Shown in pieces: positions 7,228 to 15,555 of a DNA stretch of 64,000 bases. Origin of the DNA: Brevibacillus sp. SYP-B805 (GTDB lineage: Bacteria > Bacillota > Bacilli > Brevibacillales > Brevibacillaceae); NCBI RefSeq assembly GCF_011059135.1, contig NZ_JAALGD010000020.1, forward strand, positions 1-64,000. The letters run 5' to 3'. Under the pieces are notes generated by a model. That model had not been told where the DNA came from. It was given only the letters and a program-made list of their open reading frames with translations, and did no database searches. A program made the translations under genes and the position numbers. Positions within the stretch are counted from its first letter, which is position 1. Each line of letters opens with the position of its first letter.

Positions 7228-8088
7228 ATGCCGGGTTGGCTCACGATCATCATCACGTCCTTTGTCTCTCTGGCCTATCTCTTTACCCTGGCGAGGCTGA
7301 TCGGGAAACGGCAGATGTCCCAGCTGTCCTTCGTCGATTTCATCGTCGCGATGACGATCGGCTCGATTGCCGCTGAAATGGCCACCAATATCGACGGTTC
7401 CATCATCCATGGCATGATCGCCATGACCATGTTCGGCCTGTTTCCCATTGTCTCCGAATGGCTGGCAATGAAAAGCAAGGTGATGCGCAATTTTTTTGAA
7501 GGGAGCGCTACCGTTCTGATCAAGGACGGCAAGATCCTGGAAGACAATCTGAAGCAGGAGCGGCTGAATCTGGAAGACTTGATGGATATGCTGCGCAACA
7601 AGAACGTGTTCAAAGCGGCCGATGTGGAATTTGCCGTCATGGAACCGAGCGGCAAGCTGAGCGTGCTGTTGAAAGCGGAAAACCAGCCGTTGACGGCCAA
7701 ACAGTTGGGGCTGCAGGTCGCCCCGGCGGAAGAGCCGCAAAACGTGATCATGGACGGTCAGATCATGGATGAACCGCTGGCGACCATCGGCTTGAACCGC
7801 GCATGGCTGAAGGCGGAGCTGGAGAAAGCGGGCGTTGCGCTGGAAAATGTGTTTTTGGGCCAGGTGGACAAGGGCGGCCAGCTGTATCTCGATCTGTATG
7901 ACGACAAGATTCAGGTGGCCCAGCCGACGGCGATGAAGCTCACCTTTGCCACCCTGAAAAAATGTCAGGCGGATCTGGAGCTGTACGCGCTGGCCACCCA
8001 AAGCGAAAAGATGAAGAAGACCTATGCGGTGGAAGCCAAACGGTTGAAACAGCTGATTGAAAAAATGGAGCCGCATTTGATGCGGTAA
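7228..8088 (+). CDS. DUF421 (YetF-like membrane domain) fused to a C-terminal DUF1657 (the '2Duf' protein of spoVA2mob operons), 286 aa.
   Basis: The N-terminal TM region has the YetF-like core ...LLKAENQPLTAKQLGL.... The C-terminal 60 aa (MKLTFATLKKCQADLELYALATQSEKMKKTYAVEAKRL) repeats the DUF1657 motif. RBS AAGGAGG. Confidence 0.8.
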   Translation: MPGWLTIIITSFVSLAYLFTLARLIGKRQMSQLSFVDFIVAMTIGSIAAEMATNIDGSIIHGMIAMTMFGLFPIVSEWLAMKSKVMRNFFEGSATVLIKDGKILEDNLKQERLNLEDLMDMLRNKNVFKAADVEFAVMEPSGKLSVLLKAENQPLTAKQLGLQVAPAEEPQNVIMDGQIMDEPLATIGLNRAWLKAELEKAGVALENVFLGQVDKGGQLYLDLYDDKIQVAQPTAMKLTFATLKKCQADLELYALATQSEKMKKTYAVEAKRLKQLIEKMEPHLMR

Positions 8089-8102
8089 GGAGGGTGTGAG
8101 GG

Positions 8103-8579
8103 ATGGCTGACCACAAAAAGAAAAGGTTGACGCCTGTCCAGCTGCAGTACCAGGAGCTGGCCAAGCGGCATGAACCGCCCCGTCCGCTCGCCCGCAACTT
8201 CCTCCGCGCGTTTCTCGTCGGGGGGGTCATCTGCATCATTGGGCAGGCCATTCAAGAGATCTTTATCCGCTTCTTCCACTTTACGGAAAAAACGGCAAGC
8301 AATCCGACAGTGGCCGTCCTGATTCTACTTTCGGTGCTCCTGACCGGCTTTGGGGTTTATGACCGGATTGCCCAGTGGGCGGGAGCGGGAACAAGCGTCC
8401 CTGTCACCGGCTTTGCCAATTCGATCGCCTCCGCGGCCATCGAGCATCGAAGCGAAGGATACGTGTTGGGCGTGGGGAGCAACATGTTTAAACTGGCCGG
8501 GTCGGTCATTGTGTTCGGCGTTTTTTCCGCATTCGTCATCGGGGTGATCAAGGCGATCTGGAAAATGGGGTGGCAGTAG
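8103..8579 (+). CDS. spoVAC: Stage V sporulation protein AC (SpoVAC), 158 aa.
   Basis: ...FLRAFLVGGVICIIGQAI...IAQWAGAGTSVPVTGFANSIASAAIEHRSEGYVLGVG is characteristic of SpoVAC. RBS GGAGGG. Confidence 0.9.
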   Translation: MADHKKKRLTPVQLQYQELAKRHEPPRPLARNFLRAFLVGGVICIIGQAIQEIFIRFFHFTEKTASNPTVAVLILLSVLLTGFGVYDRIAQWAGAGTSVPVTGFANSIASAAIEHRSEGYVLGVGSNMFKLAGSVIVFGVFSAFVIGVIKAIWKMGWQ

Positions 8580-9584
8580 ATGCTGACAGGCCATCAAACC
8601 TGGGTATTTGCAAACAAACCGGTCATCGTCGGGTCGTCGGCCATCGGGGGCCCTTTTGAAGCAAAAGGACCGCTTGCCGACGATTTCGATACGACGCACG
8701 GCGACCTGATGCTGGGGCAGGACAGTTGGGAAAAGGCGGAGAAGGTGCTGTTCGAGGAAGCGAGCGACAAGGCGATCGAAAAAGCCGGATTGACCAAGGA
8801 GAAGATCCGTTTCCTGATCGGCGGCGATCTGCTGAACCAGCTCATATCCGCCAGCTTTGCCGCCCGCACGCTGGCCATCCCTTATCTGGGGGTGTTTGGC
8901 GCGTGTTCGACCGCCATGGAAAGCTTGGCGCTCGCCGCCCAGCTGGTCGATTCCCAGGCGGCCGATTATGTGTTGGCCGTCACGGGCAGCCACAACGGCG
9001 CGGCGGAAAAGCAGTACCGGTATCCGACCGAGTACGGTTCGCAAAAGCCCCCCACGGCCCAGTGGACGGTGACGGGGGCGGGGGCTGCCGTGGTGGCAAG
9101 AGAGGGCAGCGGCCCGCGGATCACGTCCGCCACGATCGGACGGGTCGTGGACATGGGGCTGTCCGATCCGTTCAACATGGGGGCGGCGATGGCACCGGCG
9201 GCGCTCAGCACCATTGAGGCTCACTTTCGCGACAGGCAGCTCGACTTCTACCATTACGATCTGATCGTGACCGGGGATCTCGCGCGGGTAGGCCACGCCA
9301 TCCTGTCCGAACTGCTGCCCAAGCACAATATCAAGATTCCGCTGGAGCGCTATGTGGATTGCGGCATGCTGATCTACGGGGACAACCCTGCCGTTTGGGC
9401 CGGGGGAAGCGGCTGCGGCTGCTGTGCCACCGTCACCTACGGCCATCTGCTGAACCGGATGCGGGAAGGCAAATGGCACCGCATGCTGGTGGTGGCGACC
9501 GGGGCGCTGCTGTCGCCCATGTCGTATCAGCAGGGCGAAAGCATTCCCTGCATCGCGCACGCCGTCTCCATCGAAAACGAGTAA
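8580..9584 (+). CDS. spoVAD: Stage V sporulation protein AD (SpoVAD), 334 aa.
   Basis: The thiolase-like fold with GDLLNQLI...GVFGACST...ERYVDCGMLIY matches SpoVAD. Its start abuts the spoVAC stop. Confidence 0.9.
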   Translation: MLTGHQTWVFANKPVIVGSSAIGGPFEAKGPLADDFDTTHGDLMLGQDSWEKAEKVLFEEASDKAIEKAGLTKEKIRFLIGGDLLNQLISASFAARTLAIPYLGVFGACSTAMESLALAAQLVDSQAADYVLAVTGSHNGAAEKQYRYPTEYGSQKPPTAQWTVTGAGAAVVAREGSGPRITSATIGRVVDMGLSDPFNMGAAMAPAALSTIEAHFRDRQLDFYHYDLIVTGDLARVGHAILSELLPKHNIKIPLERYVDCGMLIYGDNPAVWAGGSGCGCCATVTYGHLLNRMREGKWHRMLVVATGALLSPMSYQQGESIPCIAHAVSIENE

Positions 9585-9597
9585 GGGAGGACGAAAG

Positions 9598-9948
9598 ATG
9601 ACGTTTCTCTGGGCGTTTCTCGTCGGGGGAAGCATCTGTTTGCTGGGGCAGTTTTTGATGGATGTGGTAAGGCTTACCCCTGCGCATACCATGTCTGCAC
9701 TGGTCGTGGCCGGGGCGATTCTGGACGGTCTCGGCCTGTACGAGCCGCTGATCGATTTCGCCGGAGCGGGGGCGACCGTACCGATTACCAGCTTCGGCAA
9801 CGCCTTGGTGCACGGGGCGATGGCCGAGGCGGAGCGGCATGGTCTGGTCGGCGTCATCACCGGCATTTTCGAAGTGACCAGCGCGGGGATCTCGGCGGCG
9901 ATCGTCTTTGGCTTTTTTGCCTCGCTGGTGTTTCGTCCCAAAGGATAA
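9598..9948 (+). CDS. spoVAEB: Stage V sporulation protein AEb (SpoVAEb), 116 aa.
   Basis: MTFLWAFLVGGSICLLGQFLMD...FAGAGATVPITSFGNALVHGA. RBS AGGGAGG. Confidence 0.85.
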   Translation: MTFLWAFLVGGSICLLGQFLMDVVRLTPAHTMSALVVAGAILDGLGLYEPLIDFAGAGATVPITSFGNALVHGAMAEAERHGLVGVITGIFEVTSAGISAAIVFGFFASLVFRPKG

Positions 9949-10031
9949 TGGCAGGGAACGTGGCAACACGGCCGTGACCGAGTTTTCCAAACCAAGCGGA
10001 GAACCGCCTGCATCCATAGGGCTGCATGGGG

Positions 10032-11465
10032 CTAGTGAAACTCAATGCGCGTGATGGCAGGAGGGCGGCTTTCCGCCTGTATGTTTTTCACCAGGATGGT
10101 GATGAGCTGTTTTTTTTCCCGAATGGTGGCAAACGGCCACACCCGCGTCCAGTCGGTGAGGAGGGGAACAAGCTCTCCGCCGCGCGGGGAACGGCCGGCC
10201 TGCGCCGCCAACAGGGAGCGCAAAGCCGCTTCCTGCTCGCCGGCCTCCTCCATCCGCTCCCGAAAACGTTCCAGCGTGAGGGCCCCTTCCGCATAGGCCT
10301 GTTCCCACCGCGCCACCATCTGCTGCAGTTTTTCCAACTGTCCCTCCAGCAGGCGGCCAGGAAGGGAGAGCGTGCGCGTTTGCAGCGCTGCTTCGGCCAG
10401 GTCGGCTGCGCTGGCAACCCGCGTCAACCATGGCAGAAACAGCGCTTCCAGGCGGTCTTCCCGGATGGAGGCGGACGGACAGCTTTTTCGTTTCCGGTTT
10501 TGGCAGACGTAATACCGGTTGGTGTAGCGCTTTCCCGTCTGGTTGCGCGTGCGGATCGTTTTGCCGTACATGGGGGCCTCGCAATCGGCGCAGAAGAGGA
10601 CGCCGGAAAAGGGAAAATCGGAAGCCAGCGCGCGGGGATGCTGCCGGGTCCGCGCCTGCTGCAGCCGTTGGACGAGAAGAAACGTCTCTTTGTCGATGAT
10701 GGCGTCGTGCGTCCCCTCCCGGATGATCCAGCTGTCCGGGCTGTTTCTTTTTTGGCCGCCCTCGGCGTAATTCCAGCGCAGGGCGCCATAATAGACCGGA
10801 TTTTTCAGCATATGGGAGAGGGTCGTTTGATTCCACGGGCCGCCCGTCCGGCTCCGGAAGCCAAGGCGGTTCAGCTCGTCGGCAATGCCGCTGATCCCGA
10901 CCCCCGCGAGATATCTGGCGAAAATCAGGCGGACGAGATCCGCTTCCATCGGCTCCACATGCAGGACGCCATCCTGCAGCCGATACCCATAGGGGGGCGG
11001 GCCGCCCGGCCGTTTCTGCTCGCGCGCCATCTGCCCCATGCCCAGTTTGACGCGTTCCGCCAGATTTTCCCGCTCCCACTGTGCCAGCGCCGCCACCAGG
11101 GTGATAAAGAGGCGGCCGATCGCCGTTGTGGTGTCGTACACTTCCGTGCAACTGCGAAAGGAGACGCCATGCCGCTCCCATTCTTCCAGCAGGGAATAGA
11201 GGTCGAGCACGGACCGTGTCAGCCGATCCAGCCGATATACCAGGACGACATCGACCGCCCCCCTGCGTACATCGCGCAGCAGGCGCTGCAAGGCGGGACG
11301 GTCCGTATTTTTGGCGCTGTATCCCTCATCGATGTAGCAATCGTGAATGTGCATCCCCTGCGAACAGGCGAACCAGGTCAGCTTCTCCCGCTGGGCGGAG
11401 ATGGAGAAGCCCTCTTTGGCCTGTTCCTCGGTGCTCACGCGGATATAGAGCGCGGCCCTGTTCAC
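10032..11465 (-). CDS. Large serine recombinase (477 aa).
   Basis: GTG start with GAGGTGA upstream. (M)NRAALYIRVSTEEQAKEGFSISAQREKL... is the catalytic Ser motif. It has a recombinase domain, zinc ribbon (CADCEAPM...C) and coiled coil. Confidence 0.9.
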   Translation of the reverse strand: MNRAALYIRVSTEEQAKEGFSISAQREKLTWFACSQGMHIHDCYIDEGYSAKNTDRPALQRLLRDVRRGAVDVVLVYRLDRLTRSVLDLYSLLEEWERHGVSFRSCTEVYDTTTAIGRLFITLVAALAQWERENLAERVKLGMGQMAREQKRPGGPPPYGYRLQDGVLHVEPMEADLVRLIFARYLAGVGISGIADELNRLGFRSRTGGPWNQTTLSHMLKNPVYYGALRWNYAEGGQKRNSPDSWIIREGTHDAIIDKETFLLVQRLQQARTRQHPRALASDFPFSGVLFCADCEAPMYGKTIRTRNQTGKRYTNRYYVCQNRKRKSCPSASIREDRLEALFLPWLTRVASAADLAEAALQTRTLSLPGRLLEGQLEKLQQMVARWEQAYAEGALTLERFRERMEEAGEQEAALRSLLAAQAGRSPRGGELVPLLTDWTRVWPFATIREKKQLITILVKNIQAESRPPAITRIEFH

Positions 11466-11516
11466 GGCATCATCACCTCACGATTCGCGGATTATCCTGC
11501 TAGATCGGAAAGTAAG

Positions 11517-11610
11517 GCTGGGGCCCCCGCCGACAACAGCAAGGGCCACACTCGGCACAGCGATAGCTATCGCCGAGTGGGTGGAGACTCAGCTTAAGTC
11601 GGCGGGGTTA
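11517..11610. repeat. Nested GC-rich palindromic repeat (R2).
   Basis: ggggcccccgccgacaacagcaagggccacactcggcacagcgatagctatcgccgagtgggtgga...gtcggcggggtta. Confidence 0.7.
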
Positions 11611-11715
11611 GTTAATTTGATCATACAGGGATGGGACGCCGCATATGCCTTTATCGGGCACAAAAAAGCCTCATCCTCCTGTCGATCGATCGGACAAGGA
11701 AGGATCAGGCGTCCG

Positions 11716-12045
11716 TTACATCCATTTATGGCTCCATTCTTCAATGGATTCTATCACAGGCCGGAGATCCGTACCTTTCTGCGTCAGCTGGTATTCGATG
11801 CGCACCGGCGTTTCCGGGTATACTTTCCGTTCGATGATGCCTTCTTCTTCCAGTTCCTTCAACCGCTCTGACAGCATCTTGTCGCTCATCTGCGGGACGA
11901 TTTCCCTGACATCCTTGAAACGGACGGGACCTCCCAACAGGACGCGGATGATCAGCCCGGTCCAGCGTTTGCCCAGTATGCTGATCGCCGCTTCGTATTT
12001 CGGACACATTTGCGATTTCGGATTCGATTGGTCCATGCGGCACAC
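11716..12045 (-). CDS. HxlR-family (MarR-like) transcriptional regulator (~105 aa).
   Basis: CPKYEAAISILGKRWTGLIIRVLLGGPVRFKDVREIVPQMSDKMLSERLKELEEEGIIERKVYPETPVRIEYQLTQKG is the HxlR signature. Confidence 0.8.
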   Translation of the reverse strand: MCRMDQSNPKSQMCPKYEAAISILGKRWTGLIIRVLLGGPVRFKDVREIVPQMSDKMLSERLKELEEEGIIERKVYPETPVRIEYQLTQKGTDLRPVIESIEEWSHKWM

Positions 12046-12194
12046 TCCTGTACTTCTGTTCTACCTCTTTACTGTACCATAATAACTTGACAAAAGTAAG
12101 TGGCGGATTCCAGGCATTCCTGCTGACGGGCTTCCCGCACGGCAGGCGCGGCCGCCACGCGGGGGAAACATATGGCTTGCAGCCCTATGCCGCA

Positions 12195-12734
12195 AGTCGG
12201 CGAACCGATGCTTACTACCCATTCGCCCACTTTCGTTTCAGCGGAATCGCCGAGTGGGAGCGGCTTCAGCAGGGTGTTGGCGTTTATTTTGAGTACCGCA
12301 TAATCCCGCGTACGATCGCTTGCGATCCGTTCCGCCTCGAAGACCCGGCCGTTGTAAAGCTTGACGAGGGTCGATTTCGATTTGCCGATGACATGTTCGC
12401 TCGTCAAAATGTAACCGCGCGGATGAAAGATAAAGCCTGAGCCAAAACTGCGCTCCGTTGTATATGTTTCAATCGAAGGCTGAGTCACGAGAAAATCGCG
12501 CAGGAACTGGTCGAGCGGCCCGCCGTTGGACTTGTCTTCCGACACGATGGAGACGACCCCCTCTTTCACCTGTTCGACCAGAGGGACGAAAAAATTGAAC
12601 GGATGCAAACTGCTGCTCACCGGATAATTTTTCCTTACATATGCGGACCATTTTCGATGTTTCATCCACAGATCCTCCCACAGCAGATAGGTATGTATCA
12701 TTCTATGGCTGAGGGGGGAGGGAGGGACGCCCAA
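12195..12734 (-). pseudogene. N-terminal portion of the interrupted trypsin-like serine protease gene.
   Basis: ...GSGFIFHPRGYILTSEHVIG...DYAVLKINANTLLKPLPLGDSAETKVGEWVVSIGSP contains the catalytic His and Asp regions. After SIGSP the frame runs into unrelated sequence, the element junction, and stops at 12069. Confidence 0.7.
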
Positions 12735-12891
12735 TTATTGTCAGGCGGTCATGTGTAACCATGGCTATCATTGATACAGAAATAGTATTGGTATAATAAA
12801 ATTTTTCATTTTATAATAAAAATGAACAGGAGGCTATTTTTTTTGTACTTGTTGAGTTTGAGCTTGCAGAGGCTAGTCTGGAGGATGCTGT

Positions 12892-13428
12892 ATGGACGTG
12901 AAAACAATCATTTTGGGCTTTCTGAACGAGGGGGAAATGAGCGGTTACGACCTCAAACAGGCGTTTTCCAACTGCATCGGGTTTTTCTACGATGCAAGCT
13001 TTGGTGCGATATATCCTTCCCTGCGCAAGCTGGAAGAGGACGGCTGTGTCACGAAGCGGGAGGTCATTCAATCGGGCAAACCGAATAAAATCCTGTATCG
13101 GATCACGGAAAAGGGAAGGGAACTGTTCCATCAGGAAATGATGAGCCCGATCCTGCCGCCGGTGTTGCGCTCCGACATGCTGGTCAAGTTCTTTTTTGCC
13201 GGCGGGCGTTCGGAAGAGGAGCAGCGCGAATTGTTGAACAACGGTCTCCAGATGCAGAAAAACCTGCTGAGCAAAAGCAAAAAGGCTTATGTTCAAATGG
13301 CCGATTCGTTTAATGACTTTCAAAAATTTTGCTGGCAGTATTCCCTGCACCATTTGGAGTCGACCATCCATTTCCTGGAGAAGAATGCGCCGGAATTGCT
13401 GAAGCAGACGAAAACACTGAACGTGTAA
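12892..13428 (+). CDS. PadR-family transcriptional regulator (178 aa).
   Basis: ILGFLNEGEMSGYDLKQAF...GAIYPSLRKLEEDGCV...KILYRITEKGRELF is the PadR wHTH. Confidence 0.8.
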   Translation: MDVKTIILGFLNEGEMSGYDLKQAFSNCIGFFYDASFGAIYPSLRKLEEDGCVTKREVIQSGKPNKILYRITEKGRELFHQEMMSPILPPVLRSDMLVKFFFAGGRSEEEQRELLNNGLQMQKNLLSKSKKAYVQMADSFNDFQKFCWQYSLHHLESTIHFLEKNAPELLKQTKTLNV

Positions 13429-13545
13429 CCGGATACCGCGTCCCCGTGTGGAACCAAAAAAGCGAAATTCCCCCGCACATTTCGCTTTTTGTTTGGCAGA
13501 TCGGAAATTTAAAGCTGTTTAAAGTGATAAAGTGACGAAGAAAGT

Positions 13546-13594
13546 TTGGGGGCCCCCGCCGACACCAGCGTTAGCCAAAGTCGGCGGGGTTATT
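13546..13594. repeat. Minimal GC-rich palindromic repeat (R3). It probably acts as a bidirectional terminator between convergent genes.
   Basis: gggggcccccgccgacaccagcgttagccaaagtcggcggggttatttt, preceded by the flank aaagtgataaagtgacgaagaaagttt. Confidence 0.6.
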
Positions 13595-14702
13595 TTAGAT
13601 TTTCGGGATTGAGGCACTCCAGTTCCGGAACGACGAACCGGCCGTCCTTGCGAATCAGGCGGTCATCAAAATAGATCTCTCCTCCGCCCCACTCCGGCCG
13701 CTGGATGCAGACGAGATCCCAGTGGACGGCCGACTGGTTGCCGTTGGGCGCTTCATCATAGCACTGGCCGGGAGTGAAATGAAAGCTGCCGTCGATCTTT
13801 TCGTCAAACAGAATGTCCTTCATCGGATGCTGGATGTGCGGGTTGACGCCGATCGCGAATTCGCCCACATACCGCGCTCCTTCGTCCGTATCGAAGATCC
13901 GGTTGATCCGCTCCGTATCGTTGGCGACCGCGTCCACGATCCTGCCGTCCCGGAAGGTCAGCTTGACCTGATCAAACGTGAAGCCCTGATAAGGGGAGGG
14001 CGTATTGTACGTAATGACGCCGTTGACGGAATCCTTGACAGGCGCTGTAAACACCTCACCGTCCGGAATGTTGTACTCGCCGGCGCATTTGATGGCCGGA
14101 ATCCCTTTAATGGAAAAGGTAAGATCGGTGCCCGGACCGGTAATCCGCACCTTGTCCGTCTTCTCCATCAGCGCCACGAGGTTCTCCATGGCTTTGGCCA
14201 TTTTGCCGTAGTCAAGCGTGCATACCTTGAAATAGAAATCTTCAAAGGCCTCTGTGCTCATATTGGCCAACTGGGCCATGGAGGCGTTGGGATAACGCAG
14301 GACGACCCAGCGGGTGTGGGGCACGCGCACATCCTGAACGGGGCGCTGCAGCAGGCTGGTATACAGCTTCATTTTATCTCCGGGTACATCGGCATACTCG
14401 TTGATGTTGTCGCCGCTGCGGATTCCGATGTAACAATCCATCTTTTTCATAAACGCGACTTCCGCTTCACGCATGACCGCCAACTGCTCCTCATTGGTTT
14501 GCAGCATGAGTTCGCGCAGAATGGACGGCTGCACCAACTGCACATAAGGATGTCCGCCAGCGGCGTATACCTGCCGGATGACGGCTTTCACGAGTTCATT
14601 GACATCGCCAATCGCGTAGATGAGGACGTTTTCCCCCTTTTGCACGCGGGTGGAGTAGTTGACCAACACATCGGCAAGCTGGTCCAGACGGGGATCTCTC
14701 AT
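13590..14702 (-). CDS. Aminopeptidase of the M29 (AmpS/PepS, thermophilic metalloprotease) family.
   Basis: ATG at 14702 with AAGAGAGG upstream. MRDPRLDQLADVLVNYSTRVQKGENVLI...EGARYVGEFAIGVNP...DGSFHFTPGQ is typical of the M29 family. Confidence 0.75.
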   Translation of the reverse strand: MRDPRLDQLADVLVNYSTRVQKGENVLIYAIGDVNELVKAVIRQVYAAGGHPYVQLVQPSILRELMLQTNEEQLAVMREAEVAFMKKMDCYIGIRSGDNINEYADVPGDKMKLYTSLLQRPVQDVRVPHTRWVVLRYPNASMAQLANMSTEAFEDFYFKVCTLDYGKMAKAMENLVALMEKTDKVRITGPGTDLTFSIKGIPAIKCAGEYNIPDGEVFTAPVKDSVNGVITYNTPSPYQGFTFDQVKLTFRDGRIVDAVANDTERINRIFDTDEGARYVGEFAIGVNPHIQHPMKDILFDEKIDGSFHFTPGQCYDEAPNGNQSAVHWDLVCIQRPEWGGGEIYFDDRLIRKDGRFVVPELECLNPENLK

Positions 14703-14860
14703 GCATGTACCTCTCTTTCGATGATGTTCGAAGTTATTGTACACAAAATCAAAAAGAACAGCCACCCTAGCCGGAGGGTAGCTGTGGTGGCTGCACGCGC
14801 AATGCAGGATTCGGTTATACATCTATACGCGCGATCGGCGCGATTGTGACTAGAATGCGA

Positions 14861-14953
14861 TCAGTTTTCTGCTGCCCCAACGATTACCAGCAGGATAAAC
14901 AGTACGAGAATCAAGGCGAAATCGTCAAAATCCCCATTGAAAATGCTGCTCAC
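14861..14953 (-). CDS. YjcZ-family small sporulation peptide (30 aa), tandem copy 1.
   Basis: GTG start with AAGGAGG 8 nt upstream. (M)SSIFNGDFDDFALILVLFILLVIVGAAEN has the hydrophobic LVLFILLVIVGA core typical of YjcZ-like peptides. Confidence 0.5.
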   Translation of the reverse strand: MSSIFNGDFDDFALILVLFILLVIVGAAEN

Positions 14954-15056
14954 GTTATCGTCCTCCTTTTATTTGTTCAAGCTGGATTGCACATGGTGAA
15001 TGTACCGGATGTATCTGGCCCCGCCAGGAGAAGCGCACACTCCCGGCAGGAAATCG

Positions 15057-15149
15057 TCAATTTTCCGCTGCGCCCACGATGACGAGTAGAATGAACAGAA
15101 CGAGCACCAGTACAAAACCATCGAAATCGCCGTTAAAAATGCTGCTCAT
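15057..15149 (-). CDS. YjcZ-family small sporulation peptide (30 aa), tandem copy 2.
   Basis: ATG with GGAGGAGG upstream. MSSIFNGDFDGFVLVLVLFILLVIVGAAEN is a paralogue of copy 1, ~80% identical at nucleotide level. Confidence 0.5.
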   Translation of the reverse strand: MSSIFNGDFDGFVLVLVLFILLVIVGAAEN

Positions 15150-15315
15150 GAATAACATCCTCCTCCGTTTGTCAGTCTCTTGTGCTTACATCCATAAGAT
15201 ATGGGGGCGGGCAAAGAGACGTAACGGCAGATGCCTATTTTTGACGACAATGTTTATTATTCAGAAAACATGGAAAAGCTGGAGGAAAGGAAAGAACGCA
15301 TAGCGAAAGGATGGC

Positions 15316-15555
15316 ATGAACATGCGCAGAGCAATCTCCGTACCACTGCACGAGGAGCTGTCGATCACGATCAGCGTCGGGGAGGATTTCAAGGCGATTG
15401 TGTGGAAAGCCCAATATGACATGGATTTCAATACCGAGTGTCTGTTTTGCTTTTCCGAAAAGATCACCGGTTACCGGGTTGAAGACGAGTTCGGACAGGC
15501 CGGCAAGGTCGCGGTTTGTCCCCATTGTGAAAAAGTAAACGCCATTTATGCATAA
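15316..15555 (+). CDS. Small hypothetical protein with a CxxC...CxxC zinc-ribbon-like motif (79 aa).
   Basis: ECLFCFSEK...VCPHCEKV. Weak RBS (aaagga). Confidence 0.3.
   Translation: MNMRRAISVPLHEELSITISVGEDFKAIVWKAQYDMDFNTECLFCFSEKITGYRVEDEFGQAGKVAVCPHCEKVNAIYA

Larger units (their letters stand above)
3566..12197. mobile_element. Intervening/integrative element (~8.6 kb) inserted in the serine protease gene. It carries two large serine recombinases, the spoVA2mob-type operon and three regulator/stress-related genes.
   Basis: The protease gene is split into a C-terminal fragment (3368-3610) and an N-terminal fragment (12195-12734), both on the minus strand and collinear. Recombinase genes lie just inside each end. 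A REP-like repeat is at 11517-11610. See findings for detail. Confidence 0.7.

Noticed and set aside
8325-10013. 562-aa minus-strand ORF overlapping spoVAD/spoVAEb.
   Set aside because: It is antisense to strongly supported SpoVA genes. It has no domain and a skewed composition.
10026-11597. 523-aa plus-strand ORF, plus the 10042-11181 minus alternative frame.
   Set aside because: They overlap the serine recombinase gene (10032-11465, -), which carries the catalytic YIRVSTEEQ motif. The others are frame artefacts.
3566-12197. Interpreting the spoVA2mob-carrying element as Tn1546/Tn3-family.
   Set aside because: Tn1546 uses a DDE TnpA plus a small resolvase and 38-bp inverted repeats. Here the only recombinases are two large serine recombinases, and the insertion splits a gene cleanly, which is integrase-like. 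No Tn3-type transposase or inverted repeats were seen.
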